Below, piece after piece: positions 19,984 to 30,291 of a stretch of DNA of 64,000 nucleotides (its first letter is position 1; every line of letters begins with the position of its first letter). Both the position numbers and the translations under genes were made by a program. The stretch is taken from positions 32,001-96,000 of the forward strand of contig JBEKTQ010000008.1 in assembly GCA_049515895.1 (NCBI GenBank). The letters are read 5' to 3'. Below the pieces are notes generated by a model. The model made no database searches. It was not told where the DNA came from and saw nothing but the letters and a program-made list of their open reading frames with translations. The stretch is from Candidatus Bathyarchaeia archaeon (GTDB lineage Archaea > Thermoproteota > Bathyarchaeia > Bathyarchaeales > Bathycorpusculaceae).

Positions 19984-21189
19984 TTGCAAAATCGACCAGC
20001 CATTGTTGCTGTTGGCAGAACCAAGTTCGGGGAGCATTATGGCAAAGAACCCGAGAAACTTATTGAGGAAGCTTGGCTTGCCGCTTCAAACGAATGCAGT
20101 TTAGAACGGAAGGACCTTGAAGCCTGCTATATGTCAGATTGTTTTCTCCCGATTACGAACAAGTTGGGTTTGGAAGAGGGCTTTCTTTCAGAGCTCACCG
20201 AGTTGCATGTGCCCATGGAGGTAACCCGTTCTTTCAGTGCTGCACTGTTAACCGCCTGCCACGCGATTCAGGCAGGAGTTTACAACACTGTCCTCGTCGG
20301 GGGCATCGAAAAAATGACGGATCGCTGGGACAAAATACGGGACGACCTTATGCTGCTGGAAGATCCGTGGAGCTACTTTGCAGGCGGCACTCCGGAAGCC
20401 AATCATGAACTGCTGTTAAGAGCCTACATAAAGAAGCATCACATAACAGGCGAAAACCTGAACAAGCTCAACATCGCCTTAGCACAAGTTTCTGTAAAAA
20501 ACCATGCGAACGCAACCAAAAACAAGTACGCACAGTATCAAAGACCAATCACGGTTGACCAAGTCTTGAACGCGAGGAAAACAGAGCATAAACCTTTAGG
20601 CATGTATGATTTTGCCCCGGTTTCCGATGGTGCCTCGGCGTTGATTCTGACAAGTGAAAGTACCGCCAAGAAGCGATGTGATAAACCAGTTTACGTTTTA
20701 GCGTGCACTTCAGCCACTGACTACTTGAACTACTCGGCGAGGGAGGATTTGTCTCGTTTTGTGGCGGGCGAAATCGCGATGAAGAATGCTGTTCAAGTAG
20801 CTAAGACTGCCTTGTCTGATATACAGGTTATCGAAATAAATGACCAGTCTACGATGATGGAGCTTGTTTCGCTTGAAGATTTAGGCTTCATTGAGTCAGG
20901 GAGCGCGTGGAAAAACATCTATGAAAGCTACGTGAACAATAGGAATTCTTATGAGGTAAACGGTAAGCAGCTTTTCGTTAATACTGATGGGGGGTTAAAA
21001 GCCGATGGGAACCCGTTTGGGGCCACTGGCGGGGCTCAGGTTTTTGAAGTCTATCGCCAGCTAAAAGGTCAGGCTGGAGCCCGGCAGGTTAGCTTCGTTG
21101 ATGGTTCACCGAAGACTGGTTGCGTTTCGGAGTTTGAAGGCTTCGGAACGAAGGCTTACGCGACTATCTTAGGAGAGAAGAAAGATTGA
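19984..21189 (+). CDS. Thiolase-family protein (archaeal/SCP2-type fold) with degenerate active site
   Basis: G.TKFG, GGIEKM, VKNH.NA..N..AQ, SDGA and N.DGGLKA.G.P.GATG motifs; catalytic Cys/His motifs altered. Confidence 0.85.
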   Translation: MQNRPAIVAVGRTKFGEHYGKEPEKLIEEAWLAASNECSLERKDLEACYMSDCFLPITNKLGLEEGFLSELTELHVPMEVTRSFSAALLTACHAIQAGVYNTVLVGGIEKMTDRWDKIRDDLMLLEDPWSYFAGGTPEANHELLLRAYIKKHHITGENLNKLNIALAQVSVKNHANATKNKYAQYQRPITVDQVLNARKTEHKPLGMYDFAPVSDGASALILTSESTAKKRCDKPVYVLACTSATDYLNYSAREDLSRFVAGEIAMKNAVQVAKTALSDIQVIEINDQSTMMELVSLEDLGFIESGSAWKNIYESYVNNRNSYEVNGKQLFVNTDGGLKADGNPFGATGGAQVFEVYRQLKGQAGARQVSFVDGSPKTGCVSEFEGFGTKAYATILGEKKD

Positions 21190-22694
21190 GTAGTGAACCG
21201 ATAGAGCGACGGGTTTCATATTTAGGTGACAGGTTACGCGCTAGCCAATGCCAGTGCTGCGGCAAAGAATATTTTGAAGTTAGAGATTACTGCAGCAACT
21301 GCGGCAGAAAAAGCTATGGAAAAATGGATAGCATAGACCTGTTTTATGACAGGGGAAAACTTGAATTATGCACATTCATCAATGAACCCACCAACAAGTT
21401 CATGAAGCTTTCAAGCTACGTTTACGGGATAATTTCTTTTCACAACGGCAAAATTCGTGTACCAGGAAGATTAACTGACCAGCTAATAGCGGACGGCAAG
21501 GATGTTGACTTGGCAAGCCTTGAAGGGAGAGAAGTAGTTCCCCGTTTCCGCAGGCGTTACTCGGTGGGAAAAAGCGAAGTCGTTCCAACGATTTCGTTGG
21601 CTTTCACTTTAGCCGATGAGTATTACCCACACCAAGAATATCGCATAACCGCACCCAACAAAGAGTATGAGTTACCGGGAGTCGTTGGCTACGGCGTTTA
21701 CTCTTCCAGGTTCCGAATAAAAGAAGCAGGATTAGAACGCGCTGTCCCATTCGTTGATGAAGACTCGGTAACGGCGGCTGTGGAGGCAGGAAAACTCGCC
21801 TTGATTCATTCAGGCATTGACAGCAGGCTAGTTGGCAAAGTTTATGTCGGTTCAGAATCCAACCCGTATTCAGTTAAGCCTATCGCGTCTAAGGTAGCTC
21901 AGGTGCTTAAGCTCGGCGAAGAAGACGGCGATGTTCAAGGCGTCGACGCAGTTGACACCGAGTTCGCGTGTAAAGCAGCTACAAGCATGTTTAAGGATGC
22001 TTGCGCCCTCGTCAGTTACCCACGTTCAGGCGTAAAATATGCAATAGTTATTGGCGCCGATAATGCCCAAGCAGCGCCAAGAGGCTGCCCAGGAGGCGAA
22101 TTGGACACGTTTGTCGGTTATGGTGGTGCCGCGTTCATTTTCGGAAAAAGCGACGTAATAGCTCAGGTGGAAGGGTGGTATTCCTGCACTTCTGATACAC
22201 CTGATTTCTGGCGTCGGGATGGCGAACCTTTCCCGATGCATGGCGGAAGATTCACAGGCGACCCTGCCTACTTCAAGCATGTCCGCAAGGCAACGTGTAA
22301 ACTTATGGAGCGGCATAACCTCAAAGCAAACGATATCGGTTATTTCGTTGCTCATCAGCCTAACCCTCAGTTCCCAGCTAGAATAGCTAAGGAGCTTGGG
22401 TTTAGGGATGAACAGTATTTGCCTGGGCTTATGATTAACAAATTCGGCAACACCTACTCCGGCTGTGTGCCCCTGAGTTTAGCGGCCGTCCTTGACATAG
22501 CGAAACCTGAAGAGCTTATTTTAGTCGGTAGCTACGGTTCAGGAGCTGGAAGCGACGCATACCTGCTTAGAACCACAAGCCAGCTTGTCGACAAGCGAAA
22601 ACAGCAGAAGGTAAACGTCAAATTTCAATCTGAAAACCCATTCATTGAATATGTAGATTACACGACCTATCGGCGTCTTAAACTTGGGATGTAA
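21186..22694 (+). CDS. DUF35 (Zn-ribbon/OB) - HMG-CoA synthase fusion
   Basis: N-terminal CQCCG..YF..RDYCSNC plus OB fold; then DEDS, GSES, EFACKA, HQPN, GNTYSG and SYGSGAGSDA motifs. Confidence 0.88.
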   Translation: MSSEPIERRVSYLGDRLRASQCQCCGKEYFEVRDYCSNCGRKSYGKMDSIDLFYDRGKLELCTFINEPTNKFMKLSSYVYGIISFHNGKIRVPGRLTDQLIADGKDVDLASLEGREVVPRFRRRYSVGKSEVVPTISLAFTLADEYYPHQEYRITAPNKEYELPGVVGYGVYSSRFRIKEAGLERAVPFVDEDSVTAAVEAGKLALIHSGIDSRLVGKVYVGSESNPYSVKPIASKVAQVLKLGEEDGDVQGVDAVDTEFACKAATSMFKDACALVSYPRSGVKYAIVIGADNAQAAPRGCPGGELDTFVGYGGAAFIFGKSDVIAQVEGWYSCTSDTPDFWRRDGEPFPMHGGRFTGDPAYFKHVRKATCKLMERHNLKANDIGYFVAHQPNPQFPARIAKELGFRDEQYLPGLMINKFGNTYSGCVPLSLAAVLDIAKPEELILVGSYGSGAGSDAYLLRTTSQLVDKRKQQKVNVKFQSENPFIEYVDYTTYRRLKLGM

Positions 22695-22745
22695 CAAATA
22701 CTTTAATAAACAACAGTGAAACACACATAGCGAGGAACCAAGAGA

Positions 22746-23999
22746 TTGCTTCTTAATGACCTCGCACAAGTAGTCTATGCACCTTCAAAAGCCTTTAAGA
22801 AAATTATTGAAAACCCCAAATACCTGGGTGCCCTTTTGGTTCTGCTCCTTTTTGTCGGCTTGGCTATCGGCTTTGAGTTTGTCCAGTTTTCGAGGATTTA
22901 CACTGAGAACACCGTGCCTCAGGTTGGCCAGCTACAGGATTTCCTTAACTCGACATCTTGGAGGAGCAGTTCAAACGTGGCTCTAAGCGACAATTTCGCT
23001 GACCCATTCAACTACAGCATCTTCGTCGCTGCACTAAATACCAATTACAGCATGTTTGGAAACAGCAGCCTCGAAATGGGTGCTATCCACACTAACAACA
23101 TAACGACGGCGTTAGGCAACGTGTTCAACGTCGATTGCAACCCGTCGGGCTTCCAAAACCTTTCTATTACCATAAAACAGGTGGCACCCTCTTCCGCACC
23201 TCAAAATGCAGCTTTGACTTTGTTCTCCCTTAGCGATACGAGTTTTTACACTTATGACCTAACTTCGTCCCTAAACTCAGCCCCCGTTGGCGCGTGGAAC
23301 AACTTAACCATCCCTCTAGGACCCAAATCGTCAGGTTGGACGACAACAGGTACCCCGTCATGGGGTAACGTTACCGCTTTACAGTTAAGCCTAAATTATC
23401 CAGCTAATTCAAACATCACCGCCCGCATCGGCGCTTTGTTCTTCCGAGGACAATACCAGACACCTGTGCAAACTGACAGCCTTGGTCTTGTTGAACAGTT
23501 TCTGTCGTCGTATGGTTTCGAGTTCATTTTAGTCTGGTTCGTGTTAACTGGAATAATCTACCTGTTCTTTTACGGAATGAAAACCTCTCACGTTTGGAAA
23601 CCACTCTTTGTCGCCACTGGTTACGCGTTGATCGTATTGGACATCAGAGCATTGATTAACATTATTGCAGCAGCCACTTTGCCAACCCTCTATTATCCCT
23701 TCGACATAACGCTTGGAGTTCGCTTCAACTTTTATGGAGCAACAGTCTATGCAGGAGCAGCAAGCAGCTTAACAACGCAGTCCCACGCCATCCTCAACAG
23801 CATCAACACCGCAACCGCTGGCTTCGGAACCATAGTTTTCCTGATGTTCGCCGTCTCCTACATCTGGATAGGCTTCTTATCCACAATAATAGTAGGAACA
23901 CTAAAACCAGAGTTCTCAATGACAAAGCGAATTACAATCGCCGTAGTCAGCGTCGCCGCAACGGTCTTCCTGTCTCTTCTGCTAGTAGGACTGGTTTAA
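22746..23999 (+). CDS. Yip1-domain membrane protein with large extracellular insert
   Basis: V..APSKAFKKI..P N-terminus; TM helix; about 200-aa Ser/Thr/Asn-rich domain; further TM helices. Confidence 0.6.
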   Translation: MLLNDLAQVVYAPSKAFKKIIENPKYLGALLVLLLFVGLAIGFEFVQFSRIYTENTVPQVGQLQDFLNSTSWRSSSNVALSDNFADPFNYSIFVAALNTNYSMFGNSSLEMGAIHTNNITTALGNVFNVDCNPSGFQNLSITIKQVAPSSAPQNAALTLFSLSDTSFYTYDLTSSLNSAPVGAWNNLTIPLGPKSSGWTTTGTPSWGNVTALQLSLNYPANSNITARIGALFFRGQYQTPVQTDSLGLVEQFLSSYGFEFILVWFVLTGIIYLFFYGMKTSHVWKPLFVATGYALIVLDIRALINIIAAATLPTLYYPFDITLGVRFNFYGATVYAGAASSLTTQSHAILNSINTATAGFGTIVFLMFAVSYIWIGFLSTIIVGTLKPEFSMTKRITIAVVSVAATVFLSLLLVGLV

Positions 24000-24145
24000 A
24001 ACAAAGATGAAATGCCTTTTTCCGCGGCTTTTTGCTTGCTTTCCTTGCTGTTTAGCGCTCAGGTTATTTCTTAAGCAAGATTTATATGATTGAAATTCAC
24101 CTTTGCAATTGAAAACCTTAGCGAAGAACATAGTTTAGGTGATTT

Positions 24146-24442
24146 GTGTTGACGGCAATTAAAGATTTGCAAAATGGGATGAAACGGGTGAGCGTTGAAG
24201 CCAAAGTTGTTGAAAAAGGCGAGCCCCGCGAAGTTAAATCCCGCTTCAAAGACGAAACCTACCGCATCGTGGACGCTGTGGTTGCAGACGAGACAGGCAG
24301 CATCAAGCTGACGCTGTGGAACGAGCAGATTGATCAGGTCAACGTTGGCGACAACATAAAAATAGACAATGGCTACATAACCAGTTTCAAAAGCGAAATC
24401 CAACTTAACGTCGGCAAATTCGGCACACTAAAAGTCTCATAA
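24146..24442 (+). CDS. ssb: Single-stranded DNA-binding protein (single OB fold)
   Basis: IKDL..GM, VADETGSIKLTLW, NGY..F and LNVGKFG motifs. Confidence 0.85.
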   Translation: MLTAIKDLQNGMKRVSVEAKVVEKGEPREVKSRFKDETYRIVDAVVADETGSIKLTLWNEQIDQVNVGDNIKIDNGYITSFKSEIQLNVGKFGTLKVS

Positions 24443-24599
24443 GGTACCAAGCACTTGACCATCGGTTTTTCTTGAAAGATTAGACGCTCTTCTTAATAAC
24501 ATAATTCGTAAGCTAAAGAATGGGAACAGTGAATAGACTATTTTTAGAACAGCCATTCTATTGCGAAGGATTAAGAGTTTTAGGAACTATACCTTACTT

Positions 24600-25211
24600 A
24601 TGGCAAACCCTAGCCAAAAGGCAAATCAATTCAACAAGAAAAACAAATTAATCATCGCCGCATTGGCGATCGTTGCAGTTTTATTGGCTTCATTTTGGGT
24701 AACACAACAAATCTCCTTTTGGCCATCCAATGCTGTCAAACCCGATGTTACAGCGGTGCCGCCCATCACCGGGTACTACTTGAACTTCCAAGGCAACACC
24801 ACCAAGATATTTGTTGGTTCGGCAACCGTGAGTTCTGGTTCTTACCCTTACCCCACACGCTCAGCTCTTGGGAGCAAATCAGGCAGCCCGCCAGTAGTGG
24901 AGAAGGGTGAGCCATGCGTCATAATCAATGTTACAATTCGCAATGATTATTCTGAACAGTCACCAGTGCCTGACCATTTTCCAGGTCATCCAACTTTGGC
25001 ATATGTTTTCTTGACCGCAAAAATATTCAACGGAGACAAACAAATCAATTCAGTCGATTTAACGCATGTAGGTCTGCCCCCTGATGCCTGGTCATTGGCA
25101 GGTTTACAAGGTGGGGAAAACGAGACCATTTCCATTTACCTGGCGACCACAAGCAGAACGGAAATAACGGGTTTCGAGATTGTTCCCATGTTGATCGGTG
25201 GGCTTCCGTAG
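24600..25211 (+). CDS. Hypothetical membrane-anchored exported protein
   Basis: Basic N-terminus plus one TM helix, followed by a beta-rich domain. Confidence 0.65.
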   Translation: MANPSQKANQFNKKNKLIIAALAIVAVLLASFWVTQQISFWPSNAVKPDVTAVPPITGYYLNFQGNTTKIFVGSATVSSGSYPYPTRSALGSKSGSPPVVEKGEPCVIINVTIRNDYSEQSPVPDHFPGHPTLAYVFLTAKIFNGDKQINSVDLTHVGLPPDAWSLAGLQGGENETISIYLATTSRTEITGFEIVPMLIGGLP

Positions 25212-25348
25212 GCATAATTACTAAACTGTACGGTAACCTCCTTTTAGGCATCTATGACACGTGTCATGAATTATACTGAACCTGAGAAAAAACCTTATTA
25301 GTTGAAACAGTTGGGTTCATTTCTTAGAAGGGTGTTGGAGAAGCTAAA

Positions 25349-27292
25349 TTGCAGTTTGAACTTATCGCTCCATACAAAATGTCGCCTGGACAGGCTGAAG
25401 CCGTTGAAAAGCTAGCCGCCAACATCCCCAAGAAACAGAAGCAAACCCTTCTCGGCATCACAGGCAGCGGCAAAACCTTCATCATGGCAAACTTGATCAA
25501 CCGCCTCCAAAAGCCGACATTGATTATTGCGCACAACAAGATTTTGGCGGCTCAACTTTACGGCGAGCTAAGAGAGCTTTTCCCCCACAATCGAGTTGAA
25601 TTTTTCATTTCGTTCTACGATTTTTATCAGCCTGAATCTTATTTGCCGGCTCAGGACATGTACATTGAAAAGGACTCTGACGTGAACGAGGAGATCGAGA
25701 AGATGCGTATGCACGCCGTGTCCAGCCTGGTAAGCCGGAACGACACGATAATTGTTGCCAGCATCAGCTGCATTTACAGCCTTGGAAACCCAGAAGACTT
25801 CAGAAGTATGGCGCTGTACCTGTCGGTTGGAAAGCAAATCGGAAGGCAAGAGCTCATCCGCTCGCTAGTTGAGATGCAGTATGAACGCAACGACATGGAG
25901 CTTGAGCCAGGCAGGTTCCGTGTGCGAGGCAACACAATTGATGTTGTGCCCTCCTACGAGAACGACATTTTACGCATTGAACTCGACGGAAACACTATTG
26001 GCAAACTCAAAGAAGTCCACCAAATAACAGGCGACGTAAAAGTTGCGGTCGACAGGCTAACGCTTTACCCTGCACGCCAATACGTTGTTCCAGAAGAGAA
26101 ACATGCACTTGCACTTGAACACATCAAGCAGGAGCTGGAGCAGAGGCTTCCCGACCTACCGCCGCTCGAAGCACAAAGGCTTAAACAACGCACAAATTAT
26201 GATTTGGAGATGATTAGGGAAATCGGTTTCTGCGCAGGCATGGAAAACTACAGCCGACACTTCGACGGACGCAGACCAGGCGAACCGCCCTTCACCTTGA
26301 TGGATTACTTCCCTAAAGATTACCTGCTAATCATCGACGAGAGCCACCAGACGATTCCCCAATCCCGTGCCATGTACAACGGCGACTACGCAAGAAAAAA
26401 GAACCTTGTAGACTTCGGCTTCCGACTTCCCAGCGCACTCGACAACAGACCTCTCAAGTTTGACGAGTTCGAGGGCAAAATGGGCAAAGTCCTCTTCGTC
26501 TCCGCAACCCCAGCTGAGTACGAGTTGGAAAAGAGCGGTTCACCCGTCGAATTAATCACGCGGCCAACAGGCCTTTTGGACCCTGAAGTTGAGGTTCACC
26601 CCATTGTTGGGCAAATGCAGCATCTGATGGCTGAAGCAAAGAAAACCATCGAGCGGGGAGATCGAATCCTAATCACAACCCTCACAAAGCGAATGGCTGA
26701 GGATCTGGCGGATTATCTAGTTAAGGAAGGCTTCCGCGTTAGGTATATGCACTCTGACATCGACAGTTTAGACCGCATTGAGCTTGTGCGGCAGCTTCGA
26801 GTGGGCGACTTTGACATTTTAGTTGGAATCAACCTGCTGCGTGAAGGCTTAGACATCCCCGAGGTCGCAACCATCTTCATTTTAGACGCCGACAAGGAAG
26901 GGTTCTTGCGGGACGAACGGAGCCTCATCCAAACTATCGGACGGGCAGCGAGAAACGTAAACGGCAGAGTCATCCTGTACGCCGACATTGAAACAAGCTC
27001 GATAAAGCGAGCCATAGAAATAACCAATTACCGCCGCGCCTTCCAGAAACGCTACAACCAAATCCACAACATCACCCCCACGACCATAATTAAAAGCGTC
27101 TCACTCAAGGAAGGAACCATCAAAGGCACAAAGCACCTTCCCAAGTCAGACATTAGACGGCAAATAATCGAGTTGGATGCTAAAATGAGAGAAGCCGCTG
27201 AAAAACTCGATTTCGAACGGGCTATTGAATTGCGGGACACGATTGCCCAGTTGAATTCGGCTTTGGCTAGGAAGATGGAAATTGAAAGCTAG
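25349..27292 (+). CDS. uvrB: Excinuclease ABC subunit B
   Basis: GITGSGKT, YDFYQPE, DESH, VSATP and INLLREGLD motifs; C-terminal UVR domain. Confidence 0.97.
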   Translation: MQFELIAPYKMSPGQAEAVEKLAANIPKKQKQTLLGITGSGKTFIMANLINRLQKPTLIIAHNKILAAQLYGELRELFPHNRVEFFISFYDFYQPESYLPAQDMYIEKDSDVNEEIEKMRMHAVSSLVSRNDTIIVASISCIYSLGNPEDFRSMALYLSVGKQIGRQELIRSLVEMQYERNDMELEPGRFRVRGNTIDVVPSYENDILRIELDGNTIGKLKEVHQITGDVKVAVDRLTLYPARQYVVPEEKHALALEHIKQELEQRLPDLPPLEAQRLKQRTNYDLEMIREIGFCAGMENYSRHFDGRRPGEPPFTLMDYFPKDYLLIIDESHQTIPQSRAMYNGDYARKKNLVDFGFRLPSALDNRPLKFDEFEGKMGKVLFVSATPAEYELEKSGSPVELITRPTGLLDPEVEVHPIVGQMQHLMAEAKKTIERGDRILITTLTKRMAEDLADYLVKEGFRVRYMHSDIDSLDRIELVRQLRVGDFDILVGINLLREGLDIPEVATIFILDADKEGFLRDERSLIQTIGRAARNVNGRVILYADIETSSIKRAIEITNYRRAFQKRYNQIHNITPTTIIKSVSLKEGTIKGTKHLPKSDIRRQIIELDAKMREAAEKLDFERAIELRDTIAQLNSALARKMEIES

Positions 27293-27387
27293 CCCAGAAA
27301 ATGAGGGATTTGCGGCAAAAAGGTTCTAATCTCTCCTACTCAAACAAGTTACAATTTACAGAAGCGGAGAAGGAAACTGGTTTCGTT

Positions 27388-30291
27388 ATGAGAGACAGCA
27401 TCTCGATAAAGGGTGCAAGAGAGCATAACCTCAAAAACATTGATGTAGAGTTGCCCAGAAACAAGTTCATAGTCATTACTGGGCTGTCAGGTTCAGGAAA
27501 ATCCACCCTTGCATTTGACACTATCTACGCTGAAGGACAACGAAGGTACGTGGAGAGCCTATCCGCTTATGCGCGACAATTCCTCGGCTTAATGGACAAA
27601 CCCGACGTTGACTCAATCGAAGGGTTATCTCCCGCAATCTCGATTGAGCAGAAAAGCACAAGTAAAAACCCACGCTCAACCGTTGGCACAGTCACTGAAA
27701 TATACGATTACCTAAGACTCCTCTACGCGCGGATCGGCACACATCACTGCCCAAAATGCGGCAGCTCAATTCACCCACAGAGCCCCGAAAACATAACCAG
27801 CCTCATCATGTCCGAAAAAGAGAAAACACTCATTTTCTTAGCCCCGATAATCCGTGGCATAAAAGGGACACACGAACAAGTTTTCGACGACCTCAAAAAG
27901 CAGGGTTACACCAAAATAAGGGCGGACCAGAAAATCTACGATTCCGATAGCATCAAGGAAGAAGTTAAACTTGTTCGGTACGAGAAGCACTGGATTGAAG
28001 CTGTCATCGACACAGTAAAAATCGCGGATGAAGAACGAAGCCGCATCAGTGAAGCCGTGGAGCAGGCACTTCAATTCGGCAAGGGAACAATGATAGTTAT
28101 CGACGCCCAAAAGGAAGCTGAGGCGGAAAAGAAAAAGGAGCTTGAACGCTTCCAGGACGAAACCATGTACAGCACCTTCGGAGCATGCCCAAACCATCCC
28201 GAAATCGTTTTCGAAAGCCTTGAGCCACGGATGTTCTCATTCAATTCGCCTTTCGGTGCTTGCCCAACATGCCACGGTCTCGGAGAGATAACGGAAATTT
28301 CAGAAGACAAAGTAATCCCTAACAGAAACCTCTCCATCATAGACGGAGCACTCGCAGTCTACGGCAGCATGGACCTTAGCTGGCGTGCCCAACAGCTTGC
28401 TATGGTCGGCAAAAAGCACGGGTTCGACGTTTTCACTCCGATTAAAGATTTCACTGAACCGCAACTGCACGTGCTCATGTATGGTGACAGGGAACCTTTG
28501 AATGGTCAATGGTCCAATGGAGCGAGCATGTGGATGCGGGATGGCTGGGAAGGCGTAATCCCACAAACCATGAGGCTTTATCGTCAGACTGAAAGTGAAT
28601 GGCGAAAAGAAGACATTGAAAAATTCATGACATCCAGACCATGCAACGCATGCAAAGGAAAAAAACTGCAGCCCGTTGTGCTCGCAGTTAAAATTTTAGA
28701 TAAAAGTATCATTGACGCAACTGACCTTTCAATCGAAGAAGCGGTTGACTTCTTTCAAAACTTACCTGCGCAACTCAACGAAAAAGAATTAGCCATAGCC
28801 AAGCAGGTGCTCAAGGAAGTCAACGAGCGGCTGGGCTTTTTGAAGAATGTCGGTTTAGGTTATCTTTCGCTTTCAAGAGCGGCGAAGACTCTTTCAGGCG
28901 GCGAAGCACAGAGAATTCGTTTAGCCACGCAGATCGGCAGCAACCTTATGGGTGTTCTGTACATTTTGGATGAACCCAGCATTGGCTTGCACCAACGGGA
29001 CAACGCTAAACTGATCAGTACTCTACATCGCTTACGCGACTTAGGCAACACATTGATTGTGGTTGAGCATGATGAGGAAACCATACGGAAAGCTGACTAC
29101 ATTATTGATATGGGACCAGGCGCAGGAGTCCACGGAGGACACGTTGTAGCCGAAGGTCCGCCAGATGAAATAATGGCTAACAAGCGAAGCCTCACAGGCA
29201 AATACCTCTCGGGCGAACTGAAAATTGAGGTGCCAGAGTCAAGGCGCAAACCATTAGGCTGCATCACAGTTAAAGGCGCAGAAGAAAACAACCTCAAACA
29301 CCTCAACTTGCAATTACCGCTGGGAGTATTGTGTGGGGTCACAGGGGTTTCAGGCTCGGGCAAAAGCACACTGATGAATTTGACCGTTATTCCCAAGTTG
29401 CGGGAGATGTTCGGGGAGAAAATCGACAAAATTGGCAAACATGAATCAATCAATTTCCCTTCGTTTGTCAGAAACGTAATAGTAATCGACCAAGATCCGA
29501 TTGGCAGAACACCGAGAAGCAACCCAGCAACCTACACCAAGCTTTTCGACGAGATTAGACGCATTTTTGCTTCAACCAAAGAGGCAAAAGCCCGCGGCTA
29601 CAAAGAGGGACGTTTCAGCTTTAATGTGAAAGGCGGCAGATGCGAAACCTGCCAGGGCGACGGCGTCTTGCGCATAGAGATGAACTTTTTGCCAGACGTT
29701 TACGTGCAATGCAGCGACTGTAAGGGTAAACGTTACAACAAAGAAACCCTAAGCATCCTCTTCAAGGGTAAGAACATAGCTGAAGTTCTGGATATGACCG
29801 TGGAGGAAGCAGCTAAATTTTTTGAGAATACACCGCGGATTTCGCGCAAATTAACCACCCTTCTTGATGTCGGCTTAGGCTACATTAAACTTGGGCAAAG
29901 CTCAACGACTCTGTCGGGAGGAGAAAGCCAACGTATCAAAATCACCCGCGAACTAAGCAAAAACAAGTCAGGCCACGTTGTCTACATGCTTGATGAGCCA
30001 ACCACAGGTCTACACTTTGATGACACTAAACGCCTCATCAGGGTGCTGAACAGGCTAGTTGACAACGGCAACACCGTTTACATAATCGAACACAACTTAG
30101 ACGTCATAAAAAGCTGCGACTACCTTGTGGATTTAGGTCCTGAAGGCGGAGCCGCAGGAGGCGAACTGCTGGCACAGGGAACACCTGAAGAAGTCGCGGA
30201 AATCAACTCATCGTATACCGGCAAATTCTTGCAGAAAATACTTAACCGCCCACAACAAGAAATAGGTTTGGCAGTGAAGCAGACTGCATGA
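27388..30291 (+). CDS. uvrA: Excinuclease ABC subunit A
   Basis: GAREHNLKN; two ABC ATPase domains (GLSGSGKS, GVSGSGKS, LSGGE); Zn fingers. Confidence 0.97.
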   Translation: MRDSISIKGAREHNLKNIDVELPRNKFIVITGLSGSGKSTLAFDTIYAEGQRRYVESLSAYARQFLGLMDKPDVDSIEGLSPAISIEQKSTSKNPRSTVGTVTEIYDYLRLLYARIGTHHCPKCGSSIHPQSPENITSLIMSEKEKTLIFLAPIIRGIKGTHEQVFDDLKKQGYTKIRADQKIYDSDSIKEEVKLVRYEKHWIEAVIDTVKIADEERSRISEAVEQALQFGKGTMIVIDAQKEAEAEKKKELERFQDETMYSTFGACPNHPEIVFESLEPRMFSFNSPFGACPTCHGLGEITEISEDKVIPNRNLSIIDGALAVYGSMDLSWRAQQLAMVGKKHGFDVFTPIKDFTEPQLHVLMYGDREPLNGQWSNGASMWMRDGWEGVIPQTMRLYRQTESEWRKEDIEKFMTSRPCNACKGKKLQPVVLAVKILDKSIIDATDLSIEEAVDFFQNLPAQLNEKELAIAKQVLKEVNERLGFLKNVGLGYLSLSRAAKTLSGGEAQRIRLATQIGSNLMGVLYILDEPSIGLHQRDNAKLISTLHRLRDLGNTLIVVEHDEETIRKADYIIDMGPGAGVHGGHVVAEGPPDEIMANKRSLTGKYLSGELKIEVPESRRKPLGCITVKGAEENNLKHLNLQLPLGVLCGVTGVSGSGKSTLMNLTVIPKLREMFGEKIDKIGKHESINFPSFVRNVIVIDQDPIGRTPRSNPATYTKLFDEIRRIFASTKEAKARGYKEGRFSFNVKGGRCETCQGDGVLRIEMNFLPDVYVQCSDCKGKRYNKETLSILFKGKNIAEVLDMTVEEAAKFFENTPRISRKLTTLLDVGLGYIKLGQSSTTLSGGESQRIKITRELSKNKSGHVVYMLDEPTTGLHFDDTKRLIRVLNRLVDNGNTVYIIEHNLDVIKSCDYLVDLGPEGGAAGGELLAQGTPEEVAEINSSYTGKFLQKILNRPQQEIGLAVKQTA

